Origin: an uncultured Verrucomicrobiae bacterium
GTDB taxonomy: Bacteria > Verrucomicrobiota > Verrucomicrobiia > Limisphaerales > Palsa-1400
Length of the DNA: 64,000 nucleotides
Direction: 5' to 3'
NCBI GenBank assembly: GCA_963707025.1
Contig: CAVPOM010000016.1
Span: forward strand, 96,001 to 160,000
Below are positions 29,752-39,680 of this stretch, in pieces (the first letter of the stretch is position 1; each line of letters opens with the position of its first letter). A program made the position numbers and the translations under genes. Below the pieces are notes generated by a model that made no database searches, was not told the DNA's origin, and saw nothing but the letters and a program-made list of their open reading frames with translations.

Positions 29752-31377
29752 ATGACAAAACCCAGCCATCGCCCGGTTCGCGTGGGCTTGATTTCCCTCG
29801 GCTGCGCCAAAAATCTGGCGGACGCCGAGATCATGCTCGGTTCGCTGCTGCAAAGCGGGATGGAAATCACCAATGAAGCCGGGCAGGCCGATGTCGTCAT
29901 CGTCAACACTTGTTCGTTCATTGACGCGGCCCAGAAGGAAAGCGTGGAAGCCATTCTGGAATCCGCCCAGGCGCGCGCCCGAACCCATCCGGCCCAGGGA
30001 TTGATCGTGGCCGGCTGCCTGCCGCAGCGTTTCCGCGACGATCTGCCCAAACTGCTCCCGGAAGTGGACGCTTTCATGGGGGTTGACCAGGTGGCCCAAG
30101 TTTCCGAAATCGTCCGTCAGGCACTGGCCGGACGCCGCGAGAAATTGCGCCGCGCCGGGCCGGGCGCGGCCGGCGCCAATTCTGTCAAGACGATGGCCAA
30201 GCGCCTGGCCGGCCGGGAGGCAAAATCGCCCGCCCCCGCGCCCGGGCCGGTCCTGCAGGTTCATCGGCGCCCCAGCTACATCCCCGACTTCGCCACGCCG
30301 CGTTTTCGCCTGACCCCGCGGCATTTCGCCTACGTCAAAATCGCGGAAGGCTGCAATCACCCGTGCAGCTTTTGCGTCATCCCGCAGATGCGCGGCGCCC
30401 ACCGCAGCCGCCCCCAGGCGGACGTGGTGCGGGAGGCGGCGCAACTTCTGGCCGGCGGCGTCCGGGAGTTGAACCTGATCTCCCAGGACTCCACCTATTA
30501 CGGCCTGGACCTGCGCCCCCATCACAGCCGCGCGATTTCCTCCCCGGCAAAATTCAGCGCCGCCGCGCGCGCCCTGCCGGCCGAAGCGACCAGCCTGTGT
30601 ACTCTGCTGCGGGCTCTCAACGCCCTGCCCGGCGATTTCTGGGTCCGCCTGCTCTACACCCATCCGGCCCATTGGACGGGCGAATTGATCGAGACCATCG
30701 CCCAATGCCCCAAAGTGGCGCGCTACGTGGACCTGCCGCTCCAGCACATCCACGAAAACATGCTGGAGCGGATGCGGCGCGAAACCTCGCGGGAGCATAT
30801 TGTTGACTTGATCGCGAGAATTCGCGCGGGCATCCCCGGCATCGCCCTCCGCACGACCTTTATCGTGGGCTTTCCCGGCGAGACGGAGGCCTGCTTCCAA
30901 GCGCTGCTGGAGTTTATTCGGACGGCGAAGTTCGAGCGTCTCGGCGTCTTCACCTTCTCGCCCCAGGAGGGCACGCGCGCCGGCAAAATGGAGGGGCAAA
31001 TTCCGGCGCGGGTCAGAAAGCAGCGGCAGAAGCTGGCCATGGCCGAACAGCTCAAGGTGGCGCGGGCCATTGCCGCGTCCTGCGTCGGGCGCGAGATGAC
31101 GGTGCTGATCGAAGGCGAGGCCCGGCCGGGCGATGGGCCGGCCGCCAACCTCAGTTCCTGGGAGCACGGGCTGATCCGGTCCTCCTCCGGGCCCGCGGAA
31201 ATGGAAAAACCCGGCCCTGGCGGGCCCAACCGTTTTTTGATCGCGCGCAGCCAGGCGGACGCGCCGGACATTGACGGACGGGTTTATGTGCGGGGCAAAC
31301 TGCCGCTGGGCCAATTCGCCCGCGTCAGGATCATCGGCCACACCGATTACGATTTGATCGCCGAACCGGCCGGGTGA
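29752..31377 (+). CDS. rimO: Ribosomal protein S12 methylthiotransferase
   Basis: SLGCAKNL, NTCSFI, GCLPQR, KIAEGCNHPCSFC, RTTFIVGFPGET, DAPDIDG, TRAM-like end. Confidence 0.96.
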   Translation: MTKPSHRPVRVGLISLGCAKNLADAEIMLGSLLQSGMEITNEAGQADVVIVNTCSFIDAAQKESVEAILESAQARARTHPAQGLIVAGCLPQRFRDDLPKLLPEVDAFMGVDQVAQVSEIVRQALAGRREKLRRAGPGAAGANSVKTMAKRLAGREAKSPAPAPGPVLQVHRRPSYIPDFATPRFRLTPRHFAYVKIAEGCNHPCSFCVIPQMRGAHRSRPQADVVREAAQLLAGGVRELNLISQDSTYYGLDLRPHHSRAISSPAKFSAAARALPAEATSLCTLLRALNALPGDFWVRLLYTHPAHWTGELIETIAQCPKVARYVDLPLQHIHENMLERMRRETSREHIVDLIARIRAGIPGIALRTTFIVGFPGETEACFQALLEFIRTAKFERLGVFTFSPQEGTRAGKMEGQIPARVRKQRQKLAMAEQLKVARAIAASCVGREMTVLIEGEARPGDGPAANLSSWEHGLIRSSSGPAEMEKPGPGGPNRFLIARSQADAPDIDGRVYVRGKLPLGQFARVRIIGHTDYDLIAEPAG

Positions 31378-31447
31378 TGGGATGGCCGAGGGCGCCGCGA
31401 ACAAAGATTTACTTGGCGCGGGGAACCTGTCTTTATAAGGGCGGCCC

Positions 31448-32038
31448 ATGAACGTGCCGAACCAATTAACCGTCTCCCGTTTTGTCCTGACGGCCGCCTT
31501 TTTGGTGGCGGTCTTCGTGGAATTTCCCTTGCATAAGACGGTCTCCCTCCTGCTCTTCGGCGCGGCGAGCCTGACGGATTACTTTGACGGCCGCATCGCC
31601 CGCCGCGACCAACTCATCACCAATTTCGGAATTCTGATGGACCCGCTGGCAGACAAAATCCTGGTTTGCTCGGCGTTCATCGCGTTCGTGGGGTTGGGCT
31701 GGATGCCGGCGTGGATGGCGGTGATTGTGGTGGGGCGGGAACTGGCCATCACGGGCTTGCGCCTGCTGGCGGCCTCCAAAAACCTGGTGCTGGCGGCGGA
31801 ACGATTCGGCAAACACAAAACCATTTCGCAAATAGTCGCCATCCTTGCCATCCTGGCGCGGCACTGCTACGAGGAGGCGGGGCCGGCGGGCACATTCATT
31901 TTTGGCTTCCATCTTTTCGGCCAACCGTGGGTGGAATGGTTCGCGCCCCTGGCCCTGTGGCTGGCGGTGGCGCTGACCCTGGCCTCCGGCGTGATTTATC
32001 TTTGGCGCAATCGCGCCCTGTATCTGGCTGATCTATGA
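31448..32038 (+). CDS. pgsA: CDP-diacylglycerol--glycerol-3-phosphate 3-phosphatidyltransferase
   Basis: PNQLTVSR, TDYFDGRIAR, FGILMDPLADK, RELAITGLR, GKHKT. Confidence 0.95.
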   Translation: MNVPNQLTVSRFVLTAAFLVAVFVEFPLHKTVSLLLFGAASLTDYFDGRIARRDQLITNFGILMDPLADKILVCSAFIAFVGLGWMPAWMAVIVVGRELAITGLRLLAASKNLVLAAERFGKHKTISQIVAILAILARHCYEEAGPAGTFIFGFHLFGQPWVEWFAPLALWLAVALTLASGVIYLWRNRALYLADL

Positions 32039-32538
32039 AACTCTGGATCGCCCAGGGATTTGGCGCGGGCCGGATTGGCTTCGCCCCGGGGACCTTCGGG
32101 TCGCTGCTGGGGCTGGGGTGGTTCGCCCTGCTGCTGTGCGGGAAGTCATGGCTGATCTTCGCCGCGGGCAGCGCCGCCGGCATCGCCCTTTCCGTCTGGC
32201 TGTGCGGGGAAGGAGAGAAACGCCTCAACCAAAAAGACCCCGGCTCGGTCGTTTTGGATGAAATCGCCGCCATGCCTGTCTGTTTTGCCGCGGCCCTGGC
32301 CATGGCGTGGTCCCGCCAAAAACAATGGCCCGGCCCGGAGCACTTTTTTTCCGCCGCGCACGGCCTTGAGACTGCCGGCATCTTCGTTCTGTTCCGATTC
32401 TTCGACATCCTCAAACCCTGGCCGGTGCGGCAAAGCCAGTCGCTGCCCGGCGGTTTGGGCATCACCCTGGATGACGTTCTGGCCGCGGGCTATGTCAATC
32501 TGGTGGTTTGGGCGCTGAGTGCGTTTGTGAGCTTTTAA
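32035..32538 (+). CDS. pgpA: Phosphatidylglycerophosphatase A
   Basis: APGTFGSL, DPGSVVLDE, FRFFDILKPWP, GGLGITLDD; ATGA overlap with pgsA. Confidence 0.93.
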   Translation: MKLWIAQGFGAGRIGFAPGTFGSLLGLGWFALLLCGKSWLIFAAGSAAGIALSVWLCGEGEKRLNQKDPGSVVLDEIAAMPVCFAAALAMAWSRQKQWPGPEHFFSAAHGLETAGIFVLFRFFDILKPWPVRQSQSLPGGLGITLDDVLAAGYVNLVVWALSAFVSF

Positions 32539-33143
32539 ATTTTCTTGGGCGCGGTGAGGCTGTAGCGGCTGGTGTCCTGGGCGTGGGCCAGCGCGACGGC
32601 CAGGGCGTCGGCCGCGTCGGGCGCGGGCGTGGCGGACAAATGGAGAAGGCGCTGCACCATTTTGGCCACCGCCTCCTTGTGGGCGGCGCCGTAGCCCACG
32701 ATGGCTTGCTTGACCTTGCGCGGGGCGATTTCAAAAATGTCCAGGCCGGCTTCGGCCATGGCGGTCAGGGCGGCGCCGCGGGCTTCGCCCAGGGTCAGGG
32801 CGGTTTGCAGGTTTTGGGCGTAGAAAAGCCCTTCGATGGCGCAAACCGCGGGGTGGTATTGGGCGGCAATCGCCCGCAACGTTTGCAGGATATTCAAAAG
32901 ACACCGCGAATGTTCCCAGCCCGGCGGGCAGGCGATGGTGCCGTGGGCCAGAGCCAGGGGATGCGGCCGGGCCATTTTGATCACGCCGTAGCCGGTGCCG
33001 CGCAGGGAAGGATCTATGCCAATAATAATTTGCGTCCCGGCGGCCGCCGGGCGGAGGCTGCTCTGAAAAACAGGCTCGGCCGCGCGCTTGGCGCCGCGCA
33101 GGCGCGCCTGGAGTTGCTCGAATTGGCGGGGTGTGACGGACAT
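32535..33143 (-). CDS. ruvC: Holliday junction resolvase
   Basis: IGIDPSLRGTGYG, AIEGLF, LGEARG, VKQAIVGYGAAHK, DAADALAVA. Confidence 0.95.
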   Translation of the reverse strand: MSVTPRQFEQLQARLRGAKRAAEPVFQSSLRPAAAGTQIIIGIDPSLRGTGYGVIKMARPHPLALAHGTIACPPGWEHSRCLLNILQTLRAIAAQYHPAVCAIEGLFYAQNLQTALTLGEARGAALTAMAEAGLDIFEIAPRKVKQAIVGYGAAHKEAVAKMVQRLLHLSATPAPDAADALAVALAHAQDTSRYSLTAPKKI

Positions 33144-33165
33144 GGCAGCGCTGGTGTTTGTTTTG

Positions 33166-34368
33166 TCAAGCAATATTTTTGCGGCACGATTGCCGTTGCT
33201 GAATTAATCGTTTGCAGAGATTAAAAATGCCGCGGTCGGGGTGTTGCCAGGCCATCATCCGCCGGGCTTGCAAATCGCCGTGGCAACCGCGCACCGGACC
33301 GGCCTGGCCCATCCCAATCTCGGTGCCATAGTAGATGACCGGAGGAGCCGCCTGGGCGAACTGGATCTGCAAGGCTCTCCTGAGGCGGGCTTTATCACCG
33401 CGGGCTTCAAAGAGAAACCGGTTCATATCGTGGTTGTCCAGGAAGGAAAGGAGGGCGCAATGGTCCGGGAAGCCTGCGTAGTGTTCGTCCAACATCTCCT
33501 GGATTTGCGCATCGGAGGTCTTCTTCTTATTGCGGGCAACGCACGCGGCGAGCAGTTTCTGGAAGCGGAAGTCCAACAGCCCGTCAAACAGCGGGGCGTA
33601 CTCCTTCATGGTGGCGTCCAGCACGTCCAAGCCGAGTTGTTGGGCCAGAAAGTAGAAGCGTTTGTCCGGCAAAAAAATGGTGTTGAGAAAGCGGCGTTGG
33701 ATGCCCCAGAAATAGACTTCGGCAATCAAAGCAACCTCCTCATTGTGTTGCTTGAGGCGGCTGCGAAATTCACGCCAGAAATCCAGGGAAGGTCCCAGGG
33801 CGTGGTCCAGCCGAAAACCGGCCATGCCTTGATCCATCCAATGCCTGGCCACCTTGATTATTTCCTTCCTCGCCTCGGGGTTGTCCAAATTGAGCTTGGG
33901 CAATTCGGCGACATCGAGAAACTTGAGATAGTCCCCGTTGGGCAGCCAGTAGAACCAATGCCGGTACCGGCTGCGCTTGCTGTTCCTGGCTTCGATGAAC
34001 CAAGGGTGAGTCTCGTGAACATGGTTGGGCACGAAATCCATGATCAAGCGCAGGCCGCGCCCGCGCGCCGCCTTGACCAGTGTTTGAAACGCTTTTTGTC
34101 CGCCAAACCTTCTTTCCACCTGAAGGAAATCCGTGATGTGGTATCCATGATAAGCAGTCGTCCTGGTAAAGGGCGACAGCCAAATGGTATTGATGCCCAA
34201 GTCCGACAAATAATCCAGTTTCTCGGCCACCCCTTGCAGATTGCCGCCGCAGAAGACGGGCTTTTCCTCTGGAGGAAGATGGCGGCGGGGCGGTGGGCCG
34301 CCGCGGAAGAAACGGTCAATGAACACTTGGTAGATGACGGCCTGGTGGAGCCATTGGGAATTATTCAT
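33166..34368 (-). CDS. GH13 alpha-amylase family glycosidase (neopullulanase/CDase-like catalytic domain)
   Basis: YQVFIDRF, GGNLQG, YHGY, DFVPNH, GFRLDH (nucleophile), IAEV, FLDNHD, IYYGTE. Confidence 0.92.
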   Translation of the reverse strand: MNNSQWLHQAVIYQVFIDRFFRGGPPPRRHLPPEEKPVFCGGNLQGVAEKLDYLSDLGINTIWLSPFTRTTAYHGYHITDFLQVERRFGGQKAFQTLVKAARGRGLRLIMDFVPNHVHETHPWFIEARNSKRSRYRHWFYWLPNGDYLKFLDVAELPKLNLDNPEARKEIIKVARHWMDQGMAGFRLDHALGPSLDFWREFRSRLKQHNEEVALIAEVYFWGIQRRFLNTIFLPDKRFYFLAQQLGLDVLDATMKEYAPLFDGLLDFRFQKLLAACVARNKKKTSDAQIQEMLDEHYAGFPDHCALLSFLDNHDMNRFLFEARGDKARLRRALQIQFAQAAPPVIYYGTEIGMGQAGPVRGCHGDLQARRMMAWQHPDRGIFNLCKRLIQQRQSCRKNIA

Positions 34369-36284
34369 ACCTCATAGGAGCCAGGATCCGTTTTGCTGGA
34401 GCAGGCGACACATCGTTGCATTTGATGCATGGCCAGCCGCAGGTTGGCCTGAGTCCAAAGGAGCGGGGTGTGATCATTGGGCACGTAGTGGCCGTTCTCA
34501 ATATAATAAGCCTCCGGAGCGCGCAATTCAGGCACCCCTATTGACCTGCTGGTCAACTGGCCCAAGGCCCGGTTGAAATAAGCCGTTTGCAATCGGAGCA
34601 ACTCGTTTGCCTCCTCTCCCGCCGCTTTCATTTCCAGGTATCTTTGCCCGTAGATCACGGAAATGATTGGGTCGAAGATGCACCATTGCGCTTCCTCGCC
34701 AACCCGCACAAGGGCGTCGCGCTTTTCGATCTCCTCGCTATAGTCAGCGGTCCGCTTGCTCGCCGGCACTTTCTTGTAGTCTCGAAACCAGTAAGAGTCG
34801 CCCAAATAACGGCGTATGCCGTAGTCGCCCTGGAGGCGGGATTTAACATCTTCAAGGATCATCCGGACCCACGGTTCATCCCATTTCAGAACTTCCAACG
34901 GGTAGATTAAGAAAAGCAATGAGCTGTCATAGCGCCGGTAGCAATTCTCAGGTTTGATGGACTCGCACGGTAATATCTTAGCCAAGGCTTCGCGACCCGG
35001 CTTGATGAGTTTCTCCATCCGGCCGGCATCCAGTTTGTGCCCGGCCATGATTGGGTTATCCCAAAGATGCTTTTCGTCCATGAGAATTTTGAACTCCCGC
35101 AGCCCCGCAATAACCGTTCCGATGGAGGATGCGGAAACTTTGCGCGTCTCTTCCCAATGTCCGCTGTCCTGATCCTGCCAGTATTCAATGGCCTCAAAAT
35201 AAAGCGGAAATTCCGCCAGACATTCCAGTTCCTTCTCGCCACAAGGGACGATGCCTTTCCGCGCCAGTTTGCAGTAACACCACAGAAAATAGCCCAGCGC
35301 GTCGTTTTGGGCGTGCGGCCATTTCTTGCTGAGTTCCGCAAGTTCCCTGCCGTCAAAGCGGACATGTGGGCGGTGCATCGGATTGGCGGCAAGAGCTTTT
35401 TCGGTGGCCTTTCCCGGGTCTGCAATGATGTCCCGAAAGCGCTGAATGTATTTTTGGAAGTAGCGCATCAAGGCGGACAAGGTGCGGCCGGCCGCCTTGG
35501 TTTCTCCGCACACAAAGTGGGCATGGGCCACATGCACATTATCCCTCACCCAGACGAATTGATATCCGGAAGCGTCCCCCGATTGGGCGGACGCGGCGGC
35601 TGGAAACAGCCCATTGGGCAAACTTTTGAAGAGGAAGGCGCCTTTTTGCTCAAGGAACTCCCGCAACCTGTTCAACTCCGCGGCCGTGTATTCCGCGCGC
35701 ATCAAACCGGCCATTTTCCTGTTCCGCGTCTCAGGCGCATCCGTCACTGGAGCCAGGTTTTCGATCAGCCGTTTGGATACCTTGGAAGTACACCAGGACA
35801 GTATTATCCCGGCCCAACCCGCCCCTATCAGGATTACGTCTTCCAAGGACGGCCATTGCCAGGAGTCTGTGGCAAGAGTTTGTGAGAGATATCCGATACA
35901 GAGCAAAAGAAAGCAAACCCCATAGGTTGAGCTATACAACGCCCAATCTTCCATCTCAAAGACCGCGCGATTGCGCTGCGTGAACCGCTCGTAAAGATCC
36001 CGGCGAGACTCGGCGTAGAAGGCGCCGATAACGATGATGCGCACCTTCAGATTGGTGCATAACAGATCCACGTAAATGCAGACAAAGGGTATCAGCGCCA
36101 GAAACAAATGGGCCGGTTGGGCCTTGCTGTCCCACAAACCAAATCCGGCGGTGCCCAAAGCCGCGACCAGGACCAGCTTCCACTTCAGGAAGTCGGAACG
36201 ACTTTGGTGCGCTGCAAGGATTTCGTCGGGAAGCTTGGAGCTTCGCTCCAAGGCACTCTCCGTGGCTGGTTTGTTGTTTGACAT
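34365..36284 (-). CDS. GH15-like (phosphorylase-kinase alpha/beta-like) protein with an N-terminal ~4-TM domain
   Basis: GLFPAA, GYQFVWVRDN, RPHVRFDG, WPHAQNDALG, DSGHWEE, SSIG, GIRRYLGDSY, EAQW, PLLWTQA; first ~170 aa carry four hydrophobic segments. Confidence 0.8.
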   Translation of the reverse strand: MSNNKPATESALERSSKLPDEILAAHQSRSDFLKWKLVLVAALGTAGFGLWDSKAQPAHLFLALIPFVCIYVDLLCTNLKVRIIVIGAFYAESRRDLYERFTQRNRAVFEMEDWALYSSTYGVCFLLLCIGYLSQTLATDSWQWPSLEDVILIGAGWAGIILSWCTSKVSKRLIENLAPVTDAPETRNRKMAGLMRAEYTAAELNRLREFLEQKGAFLFKSLPNGLFPAAASAQSGDASGYQFVWVRDNVHVAHAHFVCGETKAAGRTLSALMRYFQKYIQRFRDIIADPGKATEKALAANPMHRPHVRFDGRELAELSKKWPHAQNDALGYFLWCYCKLARKGIVPCGEKELECLAEFPLYFEAIEYWQDQDSGHWEETRKVSASSIGTVIAGLREFKILMDEKHLWDNPIMAGHKLDAGRMEKLIKPGREALAKILPCESIKPENCYRRYDSSLLFLIYPLEVLKWDEPWVRMILEDVKSRLQGDYGIRRYLGDSYWFRDYKKVPASKRTADYSEEIEKRDALVRVGEEAQWCIFDPIISVIYGQRYLEMKAAGEEANELLRLQTAYFNRALGQLTSRSIGVPELRAPEAYYIENGHYVPNDHTPLLWTQANLRLAMHQMQRCVACSSKTDPGSYEV

Positions 36285-36719
36285 GGCTGCAATTCTGTTC
36301 CCGCATCCCAGTGGCGCCGACATTAGCAAAAGCCTCCAAATGCTAAAAGGAAAATCGCCCCCGCCAGCAGGGCGGGCGGCGCCAGTTTCTGGAAAGCTTT
36401 GGCCGGCAGGCCGGGAATGCGGCGGGGCGAAACGGCCGGCGTGGCAGGATCAATGACCCTGGCGCTGAGGGCGTTGCCGGGGCAGCGGCCGCCGCCGGCG
36501 CGAATAGCGCGCAGCGATGGCAGGATTCCAGCGATGCGTTGCCCAAGTTGTTGGCCAGCGATTTCTCGCGCCGCGGGAGGGTTTTGCAAACGAAAACCTG
36601 TCCCGCTCCATGCCAGGGGACCCGCGGACCTTTTCTCCCGTGACAGCCAGGTTACGTTGCATTCACAGGTTATTAGGTCTGATCGGGATGGTGATGCAAA
36701 GGTCAAACAGGAGAGACTC

Positions 36720-37630
36720 AAGGGGGTGGTGGAGTGGTGGAGTGATGGGGTGGTGGAGCGGGGAGGCGCGCGAAAGGCAGACTGAAAAACACCTTGACTG
36801 GCCTTGATTGACCTTGACTGGCAAAACTCGCCGGGACTGATAAATGGTTCATGGAGAGGCACTTCGATTGATTTTCCTCGAAAACGCGCGAAAGTCGCAA
36901 AGCAAGCCGGATGGGGGGCTGAAAACCGGTCGTTTTGGTCCGCGCTTTGACGCGAACCCCGACTGCTTTTTGGGCTGCCGGGTGCCATCGCGGCGAGGAG
37001 GGGAGCGGATGGAAGTTCATGGTTAAGGCGGTCAAAGTCCAAGAATATGGTTTGACTGGGTGTGACCGGGTATGACCGGATGGGTGCGTTCGGCAAATTT
37101 TGCCGGTGCCGGCCCTTTTGGCGTTCGGCGGCGTCGAACGAAGAAGCCAGGCGGGGTTTGGGGTGTTCCGGCGCAACCGCAAAGGACTTCAGCGCGGCCA
37201 GACCTGACGGAAGGACTTGAGCCTCGGATAAGAAAATGCATAATGCAGAACGCAAAATGCAGCATTCCGAATCCATGAAATCCGTGGCAACATCCTTGCG
37301 GAAAGGAGCAATGGTAGAGGAGGGGGGATCGTCCCTGCTGAGTTTTGTTCTCCCAGAGGGGGATGCGCGCTCCAAGCCTGCGGCTGCGCCGGGCGCCTCC
37401 TGGCGGACGCAATCCCGGGCTGTCCCTACGTGTCTCATGCAGACGATTCAACCATAGGTTCTAATTCAAGTCAAGACCCGGCCCTGAAGAAAATGCGGAA
37501 TGAAGAATGCAAAATGCAAAATGAAGAAGCGGATTTGAACTGGAGAGCGAGGAACATCCATCTCTAATAGCTTGATGGACAATACCTTGGACAATGAATG
37601 ATCGTGTGTTGAATGGGGAATAGTGAATGG
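36720..37630. repeat. Intergenic mosaic of short tandem repeats (7-, 8- and 10-mers)
   Basis: ggtggagt-type 8-mers ~36725-36758; ccttgactgg x3 ~36792-36821; tgaccgggta-type x3 ~37051-37079; aaaatgc arrays ~37231-37260 and ~37490-37525. Confidence 0.7.
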
Positions 37631-37643
37631 GCGCAGCGGGTAA

Positions 37644-37874
37644 AATCTGGGTTCTGTCCAGGCGCGTTGGCATTCCTTTGCGTCGAACGTCATCACCAAA
37701 CGTTACGAGGATTTGTTGGGGGAATTCACACAGTTGGCGTTTGATGAGGCGGCGGAAATGCGTTGGCAGGAATCCCGGCAGGCGGAAGCGAACAACATGG
37801 ATGCCGGGCCGGCGACTGAAACGGGTTTGCAGAGCGATTTGATTGAAGCGTCGGGGTCGGGGCATCCGTTTTGA
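37644..37874 (+). pseudogene. Possible internal fragment of a PIN/VapC toxin
   Basis: Start-less open frame ...KRYEDLLGEFTQLAFDEAAEMRWQESRQ... resembles the PIN 'L.FD..AA' segment. Confidence 0.3.
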
Positions 37875-37949
37875 GTTAGGAAAAGTGATCTGGAGCAATA
37901 CCAGTCATCTGAAGCAATTCGCGCGGGGTCACCTGAGTTGGCGGGTTTA

Positions 37950-38864
37950 TTAACGGGCTTGAGGCGCATCGTGGAATTCGAGCAGGTGAACTTTGTTCTT
38001 ATATGTAACCTCCACTTTGGCAACCGACTCCGGATGAGCAGTCGTGATCTTGAAATAAACGACCTCTTGGATGGCGTCGGAAACTCCATTCCCAACGCCA
38101 GCGACGCCATCCGTGTCCGCCGCAGTTGGCTGACACTGAATTTCCGTCCCTGTGCTGTCAAACACTCGAACTTTAACATCTCCGGCATGAATTCGCCACG
38201 CCTGTGGATGTACAATACTGACCTGCATCAACCCCGGCGGTTGGCTATCGCCCCAGCATGCCGAGATGCCATAGTCGTCCACCCGATCTACTTTTGTTTG
38301 CTTTCTGATAATTGTATTAGTGGTTGCCTGGTTCGTATCCGCCGCTTGCTGGGCATTAGAGGATGCCTCCGGCCGCGGCGGCATCGCCCCGTCCTTGGCC
38401 TGCTCCCATGAAACGACGATTTCATACAAATCTGCGCCGCCGAAGGAGTCGTCATCGAACGTAATCCCCAGCGTTTCATCGTTTTGCGAGTTTGGCATCT
38501 GGGTGATGGTGACCGGTCCGCGGCAGGCCAGTTTTGAGATTTTAATTTTCGCCGGGTCGCCGGGCCGGAAGGCGGGACTCACACCGCCATACGGTTCGCT
38601 CACGTTTCCATTCCATTGGAGATTCCAGGCCTTGCCATTGAAATACATGGGGTTGACAGGCAATTGCCATGATTGGTGCTCGAACCACAGTTTGTTGCCT
38701 CTTATCATCACAACGTCCTTTCCATCAATATAGGCCTTGATCCGCAAAGAAGGTGGTCGAGACTCGCAGCCATTCCAGAGGACCAAGCCCGCCATTCCGA
38801 TGAGAAGCGCCGCCACCGGGCTCAATTGGTTCCTGGCTTGCTGCAATGGCCAGATTGCTTTCAT
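37950..38864 (-). CDS. Hypothetical lipoprotein
   Basis: Hydrophobic leader ending WNGC; two beta-rich domains joined by a low-complexity linker. Confidence 0.7.
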   Translation of the reverse strand: MKAIWPLQQARNQLSPVAALLIGMAGLVLWNGCESRPPSLRIKAYIDGKDVVMIRGNKLWFEHQSWQLPVNPMYFNGKAWNLQWNGNVSEPYGGVSPAFRPGDPAKIKISKLACRGPVTITQMPNSQNDETLGITFDDDSFGGADLYEIVVSWEQAKDGAMPPRPEASSNAQQAADTNQATTNTIIRKQTKVDRVDDYGISACWGDSQPPGLMQVSIVHPQAWRIHAGDVKVRVFDSTGTEIQCQPTAADTDGVAGVGNGVSDAIQEVVYFKITTAHPESVAKVEVTYKNKVHLLEFHDAPQAR

Positions 38865-38958
38865 GCCCAGACCATACGACCAAAATTCTGGCTGGTCGAG
38901 CTAAACTGCGCTTGGATTTTGCGATGGAGGATCCTCGTTGCCTCCGGCGTATGCCCGG

Positions 38959-39075
38959 TCAAGCGCGCTTTCGAGCGAAGAGCGTAAACTTCAGCTTGGC
39001 CTTCCTGCCTTGAGCAAGCCGGATGTTCGCGTCCACGAACACCGTTTCATCATCCGGGATGTCATCAAGATTCAC
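38959..39075 (-). pseudogene. Truncated VapC (PIN) toxin
   Basis: GTG overlapping the antitoxin stop (GTGA) reads MNLDDIPDDETVFVDANI, then unrelated sequence and a stop after 38 codons. Confidence 0.75.
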
Positions 39076-39314
39076 TGATTGTAAAAGTCGGCTTCCATGT
39101 TTTCTTTGAACTGTTCCGGCGTGAGCTTGAAAGGCTCCCTCGCCAGAAAACGCCGGAGGCCGGACTTGGGCAAGATGCGGCTCTTGGGCCGGTGCAGGTA
39201 ATCCAGCACGGCGGTCTGAATGACCTCGCCAATGGGCTGGCCGTCATCGGCTGCCCGCCGTTTTAGTTCGTCGAAAACTTCCTCTTCCAATTCTGTTCCA
39301 ATTTTGCGTTTCAT
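39072..39314 (-). CDS. RHH antitoxin (VapB-like)
   Basis: MKRKIGTELEEEVFDELKRRAADDGQPIGEVIQTAVLDYL; coupled to the PIN remnant. Confidence 0.8.
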   Translation of the reverse strand: MKRKIGTELEEEVFDELKRRAADDGQPIGEVIQTAVLDYLHRPKSRILPKSGLRRFLAREPFKLTPEQFKENMEADFYNQ

Positions 39315-39338
39315 AATTTGATTTGCCGCTGAGGCAAG

Positions 39339-39485
39339 TCAGGGCGACACCACACGATAGAAACGCCGGCTGAAATTGACGGCGGATGGATCCAGGCAGA
39401 TCGTGTTGGCGCCGTTGCCATAGAACGCGCCAAGCGTGATCCAATCGCTGAGGTTGGTCGAAGCCTCATAACGCGTACCTCCGCA
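39339..39485 (-). pseudogene. Orphan C-terminal domain of a secreted protein
   Basis: YEASTNLSDWITLGAFYGNGANTICLDPSAVNFSRRFYRVVSP*, preceded by in-frame TGA at 39486-39488. Confidence 0.8.
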
Positions 39486-39680
39486 TCAGAAGACACGCCT
39501 CACCCATTGTCAAGCAGGAAGGATGGAGGCAAACGGGATGAGGCGCAGGAGAAAAGAGGTTCTTGCCCGCGATTGCTTCTGTCCGCAGACGCAAGTGCGA
39601 ACACAACTTCACCCAGAGTTCACACGATTGCAGTTTGGATGCCACAGTTCGCTGTTACCTTGCTTAAAAATTGGAGAAAC

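Noticed and set aside
32535..33143. RuvC as a Cas or TnpB nuclease
   Set aside because: Size, motifs and context match the housekeeping resolvase.
36323..37438. 371-aa ORF across the repeat mosaic
   Set aside because: Translation is a patchwork of repeat-derived low-complexity peptides with no domain signal.
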